From positions 1 to 53,007 of IMG/VR virus record IMGVR_UViG_3300031519_000027: 53,007 nucleotides of DNA; one strand, given 5' to 3'. Source of the stretch: a virus (Duplodnaviria > Caudoviricetes). The position numbers were made by a program, and so were the translations under genes. This document shows positions 20,025-29,655 of the stretch, in pieces. Below the pieces are notes generated by a model. It had not been told where the DNA came from, made no database searches, and was given only the letters and a program-made list of their open reading frames with translations. Each line of letters begins with the position of its first letter. Within the stretch, counting starts at the first letter, position 1.

Positions 20025-21785
20025 ATGACCGTAGTCCGTATCAACATTCCATCCAAAAGTGGACTTCCCGATGAGTGGGACAGGGTTCGCCCTGACTTCC
20101 CCATGCCGTCTCCGAGACTGTATCAAAAGGAGGCACTGTCCGTGGCCTATTGGGCTTTGGAGAACGACGACTTCGATAACATAGTCATCCAAGCACCAAC
20201 GGGAATCGGAAAATCGGCAATCGCCATGACTGTTCAAAATCAATTCAAATCAGCATACCTGTTGACCCCATCACTCGGTCTTGCCGAGCAATACAAAAAT
20301 GACTACGGCCACCGACTCTCTGAAGTCCGAGGCCGGTCTAATTTTGATTGTTGGGCGAGGTCGGGAACTGCCAAAGGTGCGCCATGTTATTCTAAGAAAA
20401 CAGGCTCCTGCAAGCACGCTAAACGCAGTGAAGACGGGGGAGAGCCATGTGGATACTACGAACAACGATTCGAGGCCGAGGATGCCCGTTTAACCCTCTC
20501 AAATCCGGCATACCTGTTTAGGGCTGTTCGAGGCTATACCAATTTTGACCAACGAGAGTTCGCAATCATAGACGAAGCGCATGACATGGAGGGATTCATC
20601 CACGATTTATTGGAGGTTCGATTATCCGCCAAGGAGTGGACGACAGTGTTCGGCAAAGAGGTGTTTCCACATCATCTGACACCCAAGGATTGGCGTGCTG
20701 AAATCAACGAGAGAATCGAGGTGGCTCGCTCTGTTCTAAGCCAAGCCGAGGGTGACTTGGGAATGACCAAAAAAGAGAAGGAAGTCGAGGCCATTCGTGA
20801 GTCGGTTTCCAAAATGGAAACGGCACTTGAGATTCTGACCAAGCCGTCCAATGTTCACATATCGTTTGAGCATAACAAATGGGGAGATTACCTATGCCTC
20901 AAGCCTATCCGTGTGAGAGATTATGCGGCGGAGATACTTGAGAGCATATCGAAGAAGCGAGTGCTGTTATCGGCGACCATACTTGACATTGATACATTCC
21001 TCCACGGACTCGGTTTGGAGAACCAAAAGACGCTTTACATCAACATCACGAAGTCACCATTCCCATCCGAGAACTTCAATGTTCACTTCGTCCCATGTGG
21101 TTCGATGTCATGGGCGAAGCGAAAGCATACAATTCCAAAGCAAATCAAGGCGTTGGATGCCATCCTGAGACAATTCCCCAATAAGCGAGGGGTTATCCTG
21201 CCACATAGCCATGCGATACGCAAGGAAGTGGTGGATGGACTGATTGCATTGGGTCACGGAGACAGAGTGAGGACTCACGATTCAAATGCTCGCGCTCGTG
21301 ATGAAGTTCTAAACGAGTTCTTCACGAGTGAGCGAGATGATTTGGTTCTCATCTCAACCTATGTCAAGCAGGGATTTGACTTCAAGGGCAAATTGGCCGA
21401 GTGGCTTTGCATACTCAAAGTGCCATACCTGCCGACTCAAGACCCTGTTATCTCTGAACGAATGATGCAAGACGAATTGGCATGGCGAAAGGTGCATGAA
21501 GACACTCCATCATGCCCGTATCAACCTCCGAACAAATACACAGGTGACTTATGCGGGGCCGGATTCACTTGCCCTGCACCGTGTCAAAAGTGGTATCAAT
21601 TGCAAACGGCTCTCTCCATCGTGCAAGGCGCAGGTCGTGTCGTGAGAACGCCTGACGATGTGGGACACCTGTTCATTCTCGATGGTGCGTGGACTCGATT
21701 CGCCCGTAACAGCGGGCATCTCATACCTTCTTGGTTTAGAGACAATGTTCAAGACGCACCAAAGTGGCTGAAAAGACAATTGTAG
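20025..21785 (+). CDS. XPD/Rad3/DinG-family SF2 helicase
   Basis: Q-motif, APTGIGKS, Fe-S cysteines, DEAH, SAT, GFDF, QGAGRVVR..DD.G; TTATATAGG at 19996. Confidence 0.9.
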   Translation: MTVVRINIPSKSGLPDEWDRVRPDFPMPSPRLYQKEALSVAYWALENDDFDNIVIQAPTGIGKSAIAMTVQNQFKSAYLLTPSLGLAEQYKNDYGHRLSEVRGRSNFDCWARSGTAKGAPCYSKKTGSCKHAKRSEDGGEPCGYYEQRFEAEDARLTLSNPAYLFRAVRGYTNFDQREFAIIDEAHDMEGFIHDLLEVRLSAKEWTTVFGKEVFPHHLTPKDWRAEINERIEVARSVLSQAEGDLGMTKKEKEVEAIRESVSKMETALEILTKPSNVHISFEHNKWGDYLCLKPIRVRDYAAEILESISKKRVLLSATILDIDTFLHGLGLENQKTLYINITKSPFPSENFNVHFVPCGSMSWAKRKHTIPKQIKALDAILRQFPNKRGVILPHSHAIRKEVVDGLIALGHGDRVRTHDSNARARDEVLNEFFTSERDDLVLISTYVKQGFDFKGKLAEWLCILKVPYLPTQDPVISERMMQDELAWRKVHEDTPSCPYQPPNKYTGDLCGAGFTCPAPCQKWYQLQTALSIVQGAGRVVRTPDDVGHLFILDGAWTRFARNSGHLIPSWFRDNVQDAPKWLKRQL

Positions 21786-21822
21786 CGACACTGTTATATA
21801 GGTGATACACACAGGAGTAGAT
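21786..21822 (+). promoter_or_regulatory. Class I promoter
   Basis: cgacactg TTATATAGG at 21794, ATG at 21823. Confidence 0.8.
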
Positions 21823-22131
21823 ATGCCCCGACGAACCCTGCATAAACCGAGCGAAGAAAACATCAGTCGAATGATGATTACTGATAAAACAGTCGAACTC
21901 AACCATTGGAACAACGAAGATTGGTTCGGCCACACTTGCATGGTATCGGGAACAGGAAAATACCGATTCAACCAATACGGGACAACAGGATTCGCACATT
22001 GGCAATACCGTTTCAGTTCTAAGGATGCGGCTATTTCGTGGCTATGTTGGACACGAGGCGTCACTGTCCGTCGAGTCGAAAAAGACCACCCTCAATACGA
22101 AGTTCGCACATACCGGTTGGGTGATTACTGA
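21823..22131 (+). CDS. Orphan protein
   Basis: Leaderless start. Confidence 0.6.
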   Translation: MPRRTLHKPSEENISRMMITDKTVELNHWNNEDWFGHTCMVSGTGKYRFNQYGTTGFAHWQYRFSSKDAAISWLCWTRGVTVRRVEKDHPQYEVRTYRLGDY

Positions 22132-22316
22132 TGACCGAGAAGAAAGCAGGAGTAATCGCAATTGACCTCAACCACACTAAATATATCGTGAAGGCAGTGA
22201 ATGCTCTCGTGAACATGAATCAAGACATTGACATCGACCTCAACGCTTTGGTTTTGGCCGCAGGTGAAGGGCCATTCGTCCCGAACATTATGCAATTATT
22301 TGCCAATAGTGATTAA
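22131..22316 (+). CDS. Small hypothetical protein
   Basis: TGATG coupling; SD GGTGA. Confidence 0.55.
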   Translation: MTEKKAGVIAIDLNHTKYIVKAVNALVNMNQDIDIDLNALVLAAGEGPFVPNIMQLFANSD

Positions 22317-22338
22317 CCATAGTCGGCCTTGAACGGTC

Positions 22339-24150
22339 ATGGGCGACGAGACAAACCGCTTTATTCGGATTGTCAGAGCGCCGGAAGACGACCCGTTCAT
22401 CATCACGCCACCGAAGGTATTACTCGATGAAGTCGAGCGTTTAGGGCAAGACCCACGGCGACCAAGAACGGCTGTTGCACGATGGGCTACGAGCATTTGG
22501 GCTGAAACCCGAAGAGAGTCAATACGCAGGGGAATAGATGCTCCGGTGCAAATGGATAACATACCCGTCGAGAAGGAATTGATGGAGCGACCTGCTCACT
22601 ATCCGTCTGACTTTGGACTCGGCCTAATACCGTTCCCGAATGAATTGGGTGGATGGCAATTGGATAAGACAGAAACCACCTGCTACACGAGCCTATCCGC
22701 ACCAAGACCGTTTGACCCTCACCTGCATGGAGACATGACAGCAAAGACTGTTGGGTATGGTTATCAATATCACGGCAAGTCTCCGTTCCCCGATAGGTAT
22801 GACATCGTGAATCGCCGTGGAGGTGGGCCGAGAGGTGGGTTTGCATACACGACAGGGCCGACCGAAGGCAATTATCCTCAAACGATTCTACCATCTCCAA
22901 CATTCAATTTGGGCGAACTCGGATTCTCTGATGGCGGGTGGAATCCCGAAGGACTCCAATACACCAACAGGCCACGCAGGATGCGCTTAACGGGCCTCCG
23001 CAACTCTTGGCCTCATCGTGCATACTTTGTTCGGTCGAGACAGGTCATGTTTAGGAATGTGTATGGCCCGATGTCAACCGATGAAGCAACACCTCAAGCA
23101 CCAACAGTCATCATAAATGGGTCACGGCCGATTCACGGAATCCTTGGAATTGGTAGTTCACATGAATTGAATGCACCACGAAGGTTATCGGTGTCAATAT
23201 CCTCGGTAGCAGGACGCCGGTCGGGAACTGCAAAAATCGGTGACACTGTTCAGGTTTTTCTTGCACCCCGACGGTGGGCCAATCCGCCGTTAATTTTCAC
23301 AGGATATGTTTCTGACATCGTAGAGACGACGAACCAAATCAATCTCACATGCCTCGATACACTTGGGTTCTTATCGAATGAAACAATCACCGATGAATCA
23401 ATCTCGATGAACGGTGATGCGGCTTCAATTTTGAAAGGCATCATTGCCGGTTCGTCATACTCTCCCCCTATCGGGCGCATTAGCACACAGAGTCGGGTGA
23501 TAATCCCATCAGGACAAACGCTGAAAGGAAAATCGAGGCTCGATGCGGTTCAAATGGTATTGGGATTCATCAACATAAATCCCGAACCGATGAACATTTA
23601 TTCTGATGCTCAAGGGTATATCAACCTGCGAAAATTGAAAGATGCGGAAGACACCGACATCACACCGCTTGTCGCAGGTCGCTTGCCGAGAACTGATGTG
23701 CCGCAGGACTTCTACCCAACGAGTGTAGAGAACAGTGCCGGCGACCTCGACTTCTACAATGTCGTGACGGTTCAAAATGATGCGCTGGGCATTAGTGTGA
23801 CCTATCCGGCTGTCACGGATTCATTCTACCCACTCCGCCCTGTTCATCGAGTGGTGCATGAGGATAGCGTCAAGAACGATGACCAAGCACTTAGATTCGC
23901 AAAATTGATGCTATCTAACAACGGTCGAGTCAAGCAACAATTCATCGTTGAAGGTTTGCCTGAACGATTTGACATTTACGCCGGAGATGTGATGCAATTC
24001 GCCACGGCATCCGGTATTGCAGGCAGGCATAGAATATACGGAGTGTCGTGGAGTATGACACCCGACGGGTCTTCCATGACCCTGACGGTCGGCAAACAAT
24101 CGGCCAATTTAATCTCGACAATTCGGTACGCCAACCAACTGTCTCTGTGA
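22339..24150 (+). CDS. Baseplate hub / Tal-like tail protein with N-terminal extension
   Basis: GDTVQV, IFTGYVSDI, LTCLDTLGFL, YSDAQGYI, DIYAGDV, MTLTVG pattern typical of gp27/gpD-like hubs. Confidence 0.7.
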   Translation: MGDETNRFIRIVRAPEDDPFIITPPKVLLDEVERLGQDPRRPRTAVARWATSIWAETRRESIRRGIDAPVQMDNIPVEKELMERPAHYPSDFGLGLIPFPNELGGWQLDKTETTCYTSLSAPRPFDPHLHGDMTAKTVGYGYQYHGKSPFPDRYDIVNRRGGGPRGGFAYTTGPTEGNYPQTILPSPTFNLGELGFSDGGWNPEGLQYTNRPRRMRLTGLRNSWPHRAYFVRSRQVMFRNVYGPMSTDEATPQAPTVIINGSRPIHGILGIGSSHELNAPRRLSVSISSVAGRRSGTAKIGDTVQVFLAPRRWANPPLIFTGYVSDIVETTNQINLTCLDTLGFLSNETITDESISMNGDAASILKGIIAGSSYSPPIGRISTQSRVIIPSGQTLKGKSRLDAVQMVLGFININPEPMNIYSDAQGYINLRKLKDAEDTDITPLVAGRLPRTDVPQDFYPTSVENSAGDLDFYNVVTVQNDALGISVTYPAVTDSFYPLRPVHRVVHEDSVKNDDQALRFAKLMLSNNGRVKQQFIVEGLPERFDIYAGDVMQFATASGIAGRHRIYGVSWSMTPDGSSMTLTVGKQSANLISTIRYANQLSL

Positions 24151-24159
24151 GGAATCAAT

Positions 24160-24318
24160 ATGAAATGCAAACGCCCAACTAAGCACACACCCCAATTTGA
24201 GGGCAAGAAAAAATGCAAGCAATGTGAGTGTGAGGCTTCCACCCACTCCGCCGAGAATACTCGCCCTCCCCTTTTTAACGGCGGGTTGGGGCCACTCCTG
24301 CCACGAAGGCAGGCTTAG
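24160..24318 (+). CDS. 52-aa Cys/Lys-rich microprotein (MKCKRPTKHTPQFEGKKKCKQCEC...), absent from the ORF track
   Basis: Translated by hand; GAGGA before ATG. Confidence 0.45.
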   Translation: MKCKRPTKHTPQFEGKKKCKQCECEASTHSAENTRPPLFNGGLGPLLPRRQA

Positions 24319-24326
24319 TCGGCTCT
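24205..24326 (-). ncRNA. Putative ~120-nt structured antisense RNA
   Basis: Minus-strand class I promoter with no ATG at the expected start; two GC-rich hairpins; ends in a U6 tract. Confidence 0.5.
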
Positions 24327-24363
24327 GATTATTCCTTGTAGCCACCCCTATATAACCTTGCCG
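24327..24363 (-). promoter_or_regulatory. Class I promoter on minus strand
   Basis: Reverse complement cggcaagg TTATATAGGGGTGGC; 15 nt identical to the promoter at 41296. Confidence 0.75.
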
Positions 24364-24399
24364 GTATATATGTTTAATGATGGGGGCTTTTTGCCAAAA

Positions 24400-24615
24400 T
24401 CGGTCATGAAGGTTTTGAACGCATATAGGTTCCATGTGTTTTCCACACCGTAAAACATGAAAAAGCCCTATTCTTTAATCCCCCCTGTAAGGGGGGATTA
24501 ACTTTTTCGATTCATTGGTGCAAAGGGTCTTACAGACACACATGTTATTTATTGTGTATGTGTATATTATAGAAAGAAGAAAGAAGAGAATAAAAGAAGA
24601 ATAGAAAAGAAGTGA
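24400..24615. other. Candidate replication origin (AT-rich, inverted repeat, purine tract)
   Basis: TAATCCCCCC-tgtaa-GGGGGGATTA at 24476-24500; AT-rich 24541-24612; directly upstream of the helicase. Confidence 0.45.
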
Positions 24616-24647
24616 TTGATAAAGGTGGGCTTGGGCTGTTGGAGAGT

Positions 24648-26648
24648 ATGACCCCCGAACTCGTAGTGAATCAATCGAATGAATCTTCATCCGACTTCCT
24701 GTTTGAATGTGCAGGACTGCCTGTTAAATTGACATTCCTTTCATCCACCAAGGGACGGATGGAGTTCGCCGCCGAAATTGACGGTGAGCCAAAAGGCAAA
24801 ATCAATGTGCTATCACAGCACAGTATCACTCGCATGTCGAAGTCTGTTGACGGCATAGATGTCAAGGACTTCACCACGACCATGCTCAAAGCAGGCGTTA
24901 TTCTCCGTGACGGAACTTATGTGATTGCCACAGTAGCCGATAAGAAAAACGCTGAAATCGAATCTCTGACAGGTGCGTTATCGTCATACGGGGAGATTGA
25001 AGAAAAAAGCATCAAATCATTCTTGGGTGAGCGTTTCCTGTTCGATAAAATCAACAACATATTGCACGAAAGCCGTGAGACTCCGTTCGTCGGTGATGAT
25101 GCAAACCTGCTCTTGACATTCCTCGTTTTCCTATCCTGCAAGACAGACAATCCACTCAACCTTGAGATGATTGGGCAGTCGTCAAGTGGAAAGACATACA
25201 TGACTCTGACAGCCCGTAACGGCTTCCCTAAGAGCATGATTATGGTTCTCGCCGGTGCTTCAAAAGAGGCTCTCAAATACGACTACGATGAAGTGGATGA
25301 GGAAGGTAATTTTATCGTCAATGTTGACGGTCGGTGCATCGTGGTTCTTGAGAAGGACGAGTCGTATGGATTCATCAAGAAAATGAAGCCCATCATGTCC
25401 GGTGACGACGACGAATTGGTCTGGAAGACGCCTATCAAAAACGAACTAACAGGTGAGATTGAGACTCGTGACTTTATCATTCGTGGACGACCTTCATTCA
25501 TCACATTGACCACTCGCAATCCAAGTGAAGAGGAACAGATAACTCGTCAATTGATTATGACCCCCGATACAACGGTTGAGAAGGTTGGTGATGTGGTTAG
25601 AAACGCTCTGTTGGCGAAGGCTCGACCGGAACAGTTCACAGTCCACACCGATTTGAAAATGCTTCAAGCATCCATGTTATCTCTGAACCGATACAAAGTT
25701 CGCAACATATTCGCTCCACTCATGGTCAACTTTTTCCCTGCCCGCAACGCTCAACACCAACGGGACATCGGCAAGGTATTGAGCATAATAGATGCGGTGA
25801 CATTGCTCCATCAAAATCAACGACCGGTGCAAACCGGTGCTGATGGAACACAGTATTTGCTCTCATCAATCGAAGACAATGTGTTGGCATTGGTGCTATG
25901 TGACCTCGTTCTCCGAGCAAGTCTATCCGGCGTTCCTGATGATACATGGTCTATCTATCAACAGATGGCGTCAATGGAGGAAGCAAAGCGTCCACTGACG
26001 GAAGACAATATCCTTCAATGGCTTAGTCTCCACGCCTTTACAGTCACCAAGAACACGCTCAAGGACACGCATTTGCCGACCCTTGAGGATGCAGGACTAA
26101 TCGAGGTTGCTCGCCGTGGCGGTGGCCGTGGCGGTGGCAAGAAGGCATTCAAAATGGTGAAGTCACGAGCAGGTCTGATGGATGACTACGCACTCTCACC
26201 ACTCTTCGTTGATTCGGCGTCGCAGAACTTGCCGGATTTGATTGCCGAGTTCTCTGATGTCATCGAACAGTGCGCCGCACCTATCAAGTCATTCCCGCTA
26301 CGGGGAGAAGACACCAAAATCATTCGCCGATTGGGTTGCCCAAGCAAAGAAGCATCTCTCGTTTGGCGTTCCCTATTCCTGCCGTCCTATCTCCGACCGA
26401 GTGGCAAGAACACACTTCTTTGGGATATTGTCGGGAAGGACTCAAAACATCGTGAGAATCTATTCAACGGCGAAGCATGGTTTGGCAAGACATCCGATAC
26501 AATTGGTGTCGCTACGAAGGCTTTAGATAAGCGTCGAGAAGTCAAGCAGGCAATTAGAACAGCCTCGCAGTCCGGCGATTTGGCCGACTCTGACCTATGG
26601 GAATCAATGATGGAAGCGCAACTCGCTTCACTTGAGGAAGATGTTTGA
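24648..26648 (+). CDS. AAA+ (MCM-like) replicative helicase/initiator
   Basis: Walker A GQSSSGKT, LTTRN sensor-like, EEQITRQ, C-terminal wHTH-like LEDAGLIE. Confidence 0.65.
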   Translation: MTPELVVNQSNESSSDFLFECAGLPVKLTFLSSTKGRMEFAAEIDGEPKGKINVLSQHSITRMSKSVDGIDVKDFTTTMLKAGVILRDGTYVIATVADKKNAEIESLTGALSSYGEIEEKSIKSFLGERFLFDKINNILHESRETPFVGDDANLLLTFLVFLSCKTDNPLNLEMIGQSSSGKTYMTLTARNGFPKSMIMVLAGASKEALKYDYDEVDEEGNFIVNVDGRCIVVLEKDESYGFIKKMKPIMSGDDDELVWKTPIKNELTGEIETRDFIIRGRPSFITLTTRNPSEEEQITRQLIMTPDTTVEKVGDVVRNALLAKARPEQFTVHTDLKMLQASMLSLNRYKVRNIFAPLMVNFFPARNAQHQRDIGKVLSIIDAVTLLHQNQRPVQTGADGTQYLLSSIEDNVLALVLCDLVLRASLSGVPDDTWSIYQQMASMEEAKRPLTEDNILQWLSLHAFTVTKNTLKDTHLPTLEDAGLIEVARRGGGRGGGKKAFKMVKSRAGLMDDYALSPLFVDSASQNLPDLIAEFSDVIEQCAAPIKSFPLRGEDTKIIRRLGCPSKEASLVWRSLFLPSYLRPSGKNTLLWDIVGKDSKHRENLFNGEAWFGKTSDTIGVATKALDKRREVKQAIRTASQSGDLADSDLWESMMEAQLASLEEDV

Positions 26649-26717
26649 CCTTCATATAGGTGGGGCGACGATGGAAGGTTGCTAAGACAGCACACACACA
26701 ACATAAGGTGAAAAAAT

Positions 26718-27896
26718 ATGGCTACACAGAAAGGAAAAACACTGCCCGCAAGCGTCCAAAAGAGACTACAACCGTTCATTGACAAAGGGATTCAAAATGG
26801 AATCTTCTCTGACAATCAACCGGTCGTTGCCCTCTACCGTCGTAAAGCAACTGAACTGAAAGACACTGTTACCGAATTGGGTGGCATGAAGAATGCAAAC
26901 GCACAGCGATTCGTCGCCAACTGCGTTATGACTGACCTCTCGGCTATGCTTCGTCAAAAGTCCTATGTCGGGCATCTCGACATTTGGTCATGTGACTCAC
27001 GAACAACCCGAACAGGCCGTCAAATGGCTAACATCTTCGGCCAAGTCGTCATTGAAGACGGTGACTCCACCATGGACTCCGCACTTTTCAAAATGTCTCT
27101 ATGGGATGAAGACGCAAGCCTCGCTGATGACATTGCAAGTGGCATCACATACAGTGCAAGCATCTCATGCAAGAACCTTGACATGGAAATCCTTGACCTC
27201 AAACCACTCTCTGGTATGACCGTATTCACCGAAGAAGAATACGAACACGCCGACCGAACTCAAATCCTCCGTGACACTTACGAAGTGACTCCGATTGCTG
27301 AACTTGAAGAAAACATTTCACGCAACCGTAACGACTTCCGCATGGTCGAAGCAACCGTCTCTTACGCAGGTGTTCAAACCTCAAAGACAGGCAACGCTTT
27401 CGGCAAAATGTTGCTCAAGGACGAGTCAACCATGACCATCGAAGCGATTGAATCCGGCGAAGGTCTGATGCTCAACGCTCTGTGTGACACCGAGACTGCA
27501 AACCGATTCGGAAAATACTCTGAAGTCCTTGCTCTCGTGACCACATCAATGTCCGACCAATACGGTTTATCATCCAACATCCAATGCGCTGTTGGTATCG
27601 TGACAATTGCACCACCTGTTGTTGAAGCACCTTCGAGTGGCGACGACAAAGAGGACAACGCCTCTGACTACTTCAATAAGTCAGCGGAAGCCGTTGAAAC
27701 AATCACTCTTGATGACGACGAAACAGAGGATGCTGACGATGCACCGCCTGTTGACGCCGCAGTCGAAGAAGAAGTCGAAGAAGTGGTTGAAGAAGCCACT
27801 CCTGAGCCTGCCAAGAAGGCCGAAGCACCCAAAGAGGGTGAAGAAGGTTGGACTGCCGAGGGCGACGACGAAGAATGGGACGACGATTGGGACTGA
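26718..27896 (+). CDS. RPA/SSB-like OB-fold protein with acidic tail
   Basis: KMSLWDE and LLKDES OB-fold patterns; tail ends EEWDDDWD; SD GGTGA. Confidence 0.7.
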   Translation: MATQKGKTLPASVQKRLQPFIDKGIQNGIFSDNQPVVALYRRKATELKDTVTELGGMKNANAQRFVANCVMTDLSAMLRQKSYVGHLDIWSCDSRTTRTGRQMANIFGQVVIEDGDSTMDSALFKMSLWDEDASLADDIASGITYSASISCKNLDMEILDLKPLSGMTVFTEEEYEHADRTQILRDTYEVTPIAELEENISRNRNDFRMVEATVSYAGVQTSKTGNAFGKMLLKDESTMTIEAIESGEGLMLNALCDTETANRFGKYSEVLALVTTSMSDQYGLSSNIQCAVGIVTIAPPVVEAPSSGDDKEDNASDYFNKSAEAVETITLDDDETEDADDAPPVDAAVEEEVEEVVEEATPEPAKKAEAPKEGEEGWTAEGDDEEWDDDWD

Positions 27897-27916
27897 TACC
27901 AACTACTCCAACTCAA

Positions 27917-28065
27917 GCGGCCCTGCGGGGTCGCACGAGAACAGGGGGGCATAGGTGTCACTGCCTGCGAAGGCGTGAAAGGTTTCCACTACCTCACATC
28001 ACCTATGCTCTCCGCCTCTGATTCAATTGGGGCAGGGGAGTTAGGGGTTTCGCCCCTGCTCCTTT
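27917..28065 (+). ncRNA. Putative structured RNA (cUGCGg hairpin, three-way junction, two hairpins)
   Basis: Manual folding; 14-bp stem 27944-27957/28000-28013 with G-U pairs. Confidence 0.5.
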
Positions 28066-28068
28066 GAG

Positions 28069-28104
28069 CGAACTACTTATATAGGGGAACTCACTACGAG
28101 TAAC
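28069..28104 (+). promoter_or_regulatory. Class I promoter
   Basis: cgaactac TTATATAGG at 28077, ATG at 28105. Confidence 0.8.
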
Positions 28105-28716
28105 ATGGACGGAGCAACAACCCCCCAAGAAGCATACGACATGATGGCATACCAAGTAAGTGAAGGCAACCTTAACGCCTCCAACTTCGTGAAGTCAATG
28201 ATGAGCCAATTTGAAACCAAAGGACGACTAAGCCCAAAACAGATTACATGGGCTATCAAATTGTCAACAGAAGCCGCACATAAGGAAGCCGACCCAATGG
28301 CTTTTGAAGACGAAGACGAAGACGACGGTGACTTCATCGAAGTCCTGACATTCATGACCGAAGTCGGTCTAACCAAGGCTCGCCTAACATTCGTTCACGG
28401 TGCAAAGAAAGTGACATTCTCTCGCTCTCCTGCACACGGCAAGAACCCTAACCACATCTATGTCAAGGTCGAAGGAGATTATGTCGGAAAAATTACACCG
28501 ACAGGACACTTCGTTGGCCCTTACTCGTGGTCATTCCCATACGCTACCTCTATTATGTACGATATGGTTGATGCAGGTGTTTCAGAATACATTCTCGCAT
28601 ACGGCAAGCACTCCGGTATATGCGCTTGCTGTGGACGAACTCTAACAGACGAGCGTTCACTCACAGCCGGTGTCGGCCCTGTTTGCGCCAAGCATTGGAA
28701 CATCATTTGGGGCTGA
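28105..28716 (+). CDS. DUF6011-like Zn-finger protein (MDGATTP...)
   Basis: C-terminal CACCGRTLTDERS..AGVGPVC. Confidence 0.7.
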   Translation: MDGATTPQEAYDMMAYQVSEGNLNASNFVKSMMSQFETKGRLSPKQITWAIKLSTEAAHKEADPMAFEDEDEDDGDFIEVLTFMTEVGLTKARLTFVHGAKKVTFSRSPAHGKNPNHIYVKVEGDYVGKITPTGHFVGPYSWSFPYATSIMYDMVDAGVSEYILAYGKHSGICACCGRTLTDERSLTAGVGPVCAKHWNIIWG

Positions 28717-28755
28717 ATAACGGCCTTCATATAGGTGTGGTTCTCTAAACGGGTT

Positions 28756-29655
28756 ATGAGCAACCCAAGGAACTCGAAAAAGAAAGCGGAGAATTATGCG
28801 AACCTAATCGCTTCATGCGATACAGGTGAAGACATGATTCGCAACCGTTCCCGCCACATGAAGATTCAAGGATTTTCAGGGTCGGGCAAATCAACATACG
28901 CACTCACATTCTTCGCACACCAAGCGAAAGACATTGCACCCGAAGAGGCTCTTATGCTCATCGTGGACTGCGACCTTGAAGGCCAAGCCGACTTGGTGGC
29001 TCGTGATGAAATCGTCCCGCCCACGCTACGCTCACGCATTCTACGCAAGGTGTGCCGAACTCCTGACGATGTGAACGACATCTCTCTCGCATTCATTGAC
29101 TTGATGCGACAACATCAAGCCGACCATCCCGACGGTGTTCGTGTGTTGGTCATGGAGAACGAGGGTGCATTCTATCTCTCGTGCCGTGAGCATTACTCCG
29201 TGAGCGTTCACGGCAAGACAGAGGGCGACCTGTTGCTCTCAAGGCAACAGGAGGCACTAAGCCAAGGGAAGAAGACTCTCCCTGCCTATGCCGAGGGACA
29301 GATGCACGCATACAAAGTCATCAACAAATTATTCTATTCGCCATACGAGCGACTCAAGATTGGAGGGGAAATGTATTCCTATCACTTCTTGAGTACGGTG
29401 CTTCTAAAGACCAAGACAGAGAATTATGGAACTCCAAACGAGAACCGAATCGTGTTGGCCGCAGGTCGTCCTGACATGACAGACCCACTGTTTGATTGGA
29501 TTGTCGAGATGAGCCAACAACAGCGAACTGTTAAGGGTGAGATACAGGTGCGACACTTTGCACACATCAAGAAGTCTCGTGCCTGCAAGCCATTTAGACT
29601 TGAAGACCCGACTCAGAAACGATTTTGGCAAGCAGTCGAAAAGGCATCAGAGTGA
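28756..29655 (+). CDS. RecA-fold P-loop ATPase (AAA_24/Sak4-like)
   Basis: GFSGSGKST, LIVDCDLEG; adjacent to the nuclease; TCATATAGGTG 29 nt upstream. Confidence 0.7.
   Translation: MSNPRNSKKKAENYANLIASCDTGEDMIRNRSRHMKIQGFSGSGKSTYALTFFAHQAKDIAPEEALMLIVDCDLEGQADLVARDEIVPPTLRSRILRKVCRTPDDVNDISLAFIDLMRQHQADHPDGVRVLVMENEGAFYLSCREHYSVSVHGKTEGDLLLSRQQEALSQGKKTLPAYAEGQMHAYKVINKLFYSPYERLKIGGEMYSYHFLSTVLLKTKTENYGTPNENRIVLAAGRPDMTDPLFDWIVEMSQQQRTVKGEIQVRHFAHIKKSRACKPFRLEDPTQKRFWQAVEKASE

Noticed and set aside
27944-28013. tRNA gene
   Set aside because: Three-way rather than cloverleaf fold; no T-loop or D-loop consensus
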